Positions 63,787 through 64,000 of a stretch of DNA of 64,000 nt are shown here, piece by piece. The notes under the pieces were generated by a model that was not told where the DNA came from, did no database searches, and saw nothing but the letters and a program-made list of their open reading frames with translations. The stretch comes from Octopus sinensis (lineage: Eukaryota). Within the stretch, counting starts at the first letter, position 1; every line of letters begins with the position of its first letter. A program made the translations under genes and the position numbers. Location: positions 91,202,001-91,266,000 of the forward strand of contig NC_043001.1 in NCBI RefSeq assembly GCF_006345805.1. Reading direction: 5' to 3'.

Positions 63787-64000
63787 ACATACCGTCCTCT
63801 GAGTTAAGTTTGGCGAATAGATCAAAGCGGTAAAATCCAGGTGACGGACATCTTATGGCGAAGCTTACGATATCTCCATTTCGATAATAGTATGTATAAT
63901 CAGAAACGTCAGTGAAAGTGTTTTCTGATTGGTGAATAAGCTTACAGAAGTAATCAATATTGGCTGGGATTTTAATTTGAAAAGAACACTGGCCTGTAGT

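Overview
AT-rich, repeat-dense animal DNA, most likely an Octopus genome (inferred from the tRNA-derived SINE families and microsatellite load). Three protein genes are supported. (1) The last four coding exons of an arfaptin (ARFIP2-like) gene, + strand, 8163-18251, followed by a ~5 kb SINE-free putative 3' UTR. (2) A ~1000 aa C2H2 zinc-finger gene, + strand, main exon 40809-43817, with a candidate first coding exon at 36891-36935. (3) The 3' part of a minus-strand gene with a KY/hillarin-like domain, a long acidic exon, a 37-nt microexon and a C-terminal hydrophobic helix (61898-50479). The rest is SINEs, LINE fragments (RTE, RLE-type, Penelope-like) and DNA transposon derivatives (piggyBac, mariner, Helitron, Merlin-like, Ginger-like, hAT-like). 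Most notable: four hammerhead ribozyme motifs, two of which form a spacer-less 255-bp palindrome (one per strand) just downstream of the zinc-finger gene; several long hairpins around that gene; and one SINE-SINE junction repeated exactly at three loci. All family assignments were made by eye, without database searches; repeat boundaries are approximate unless a TSD or TIR is quoted.
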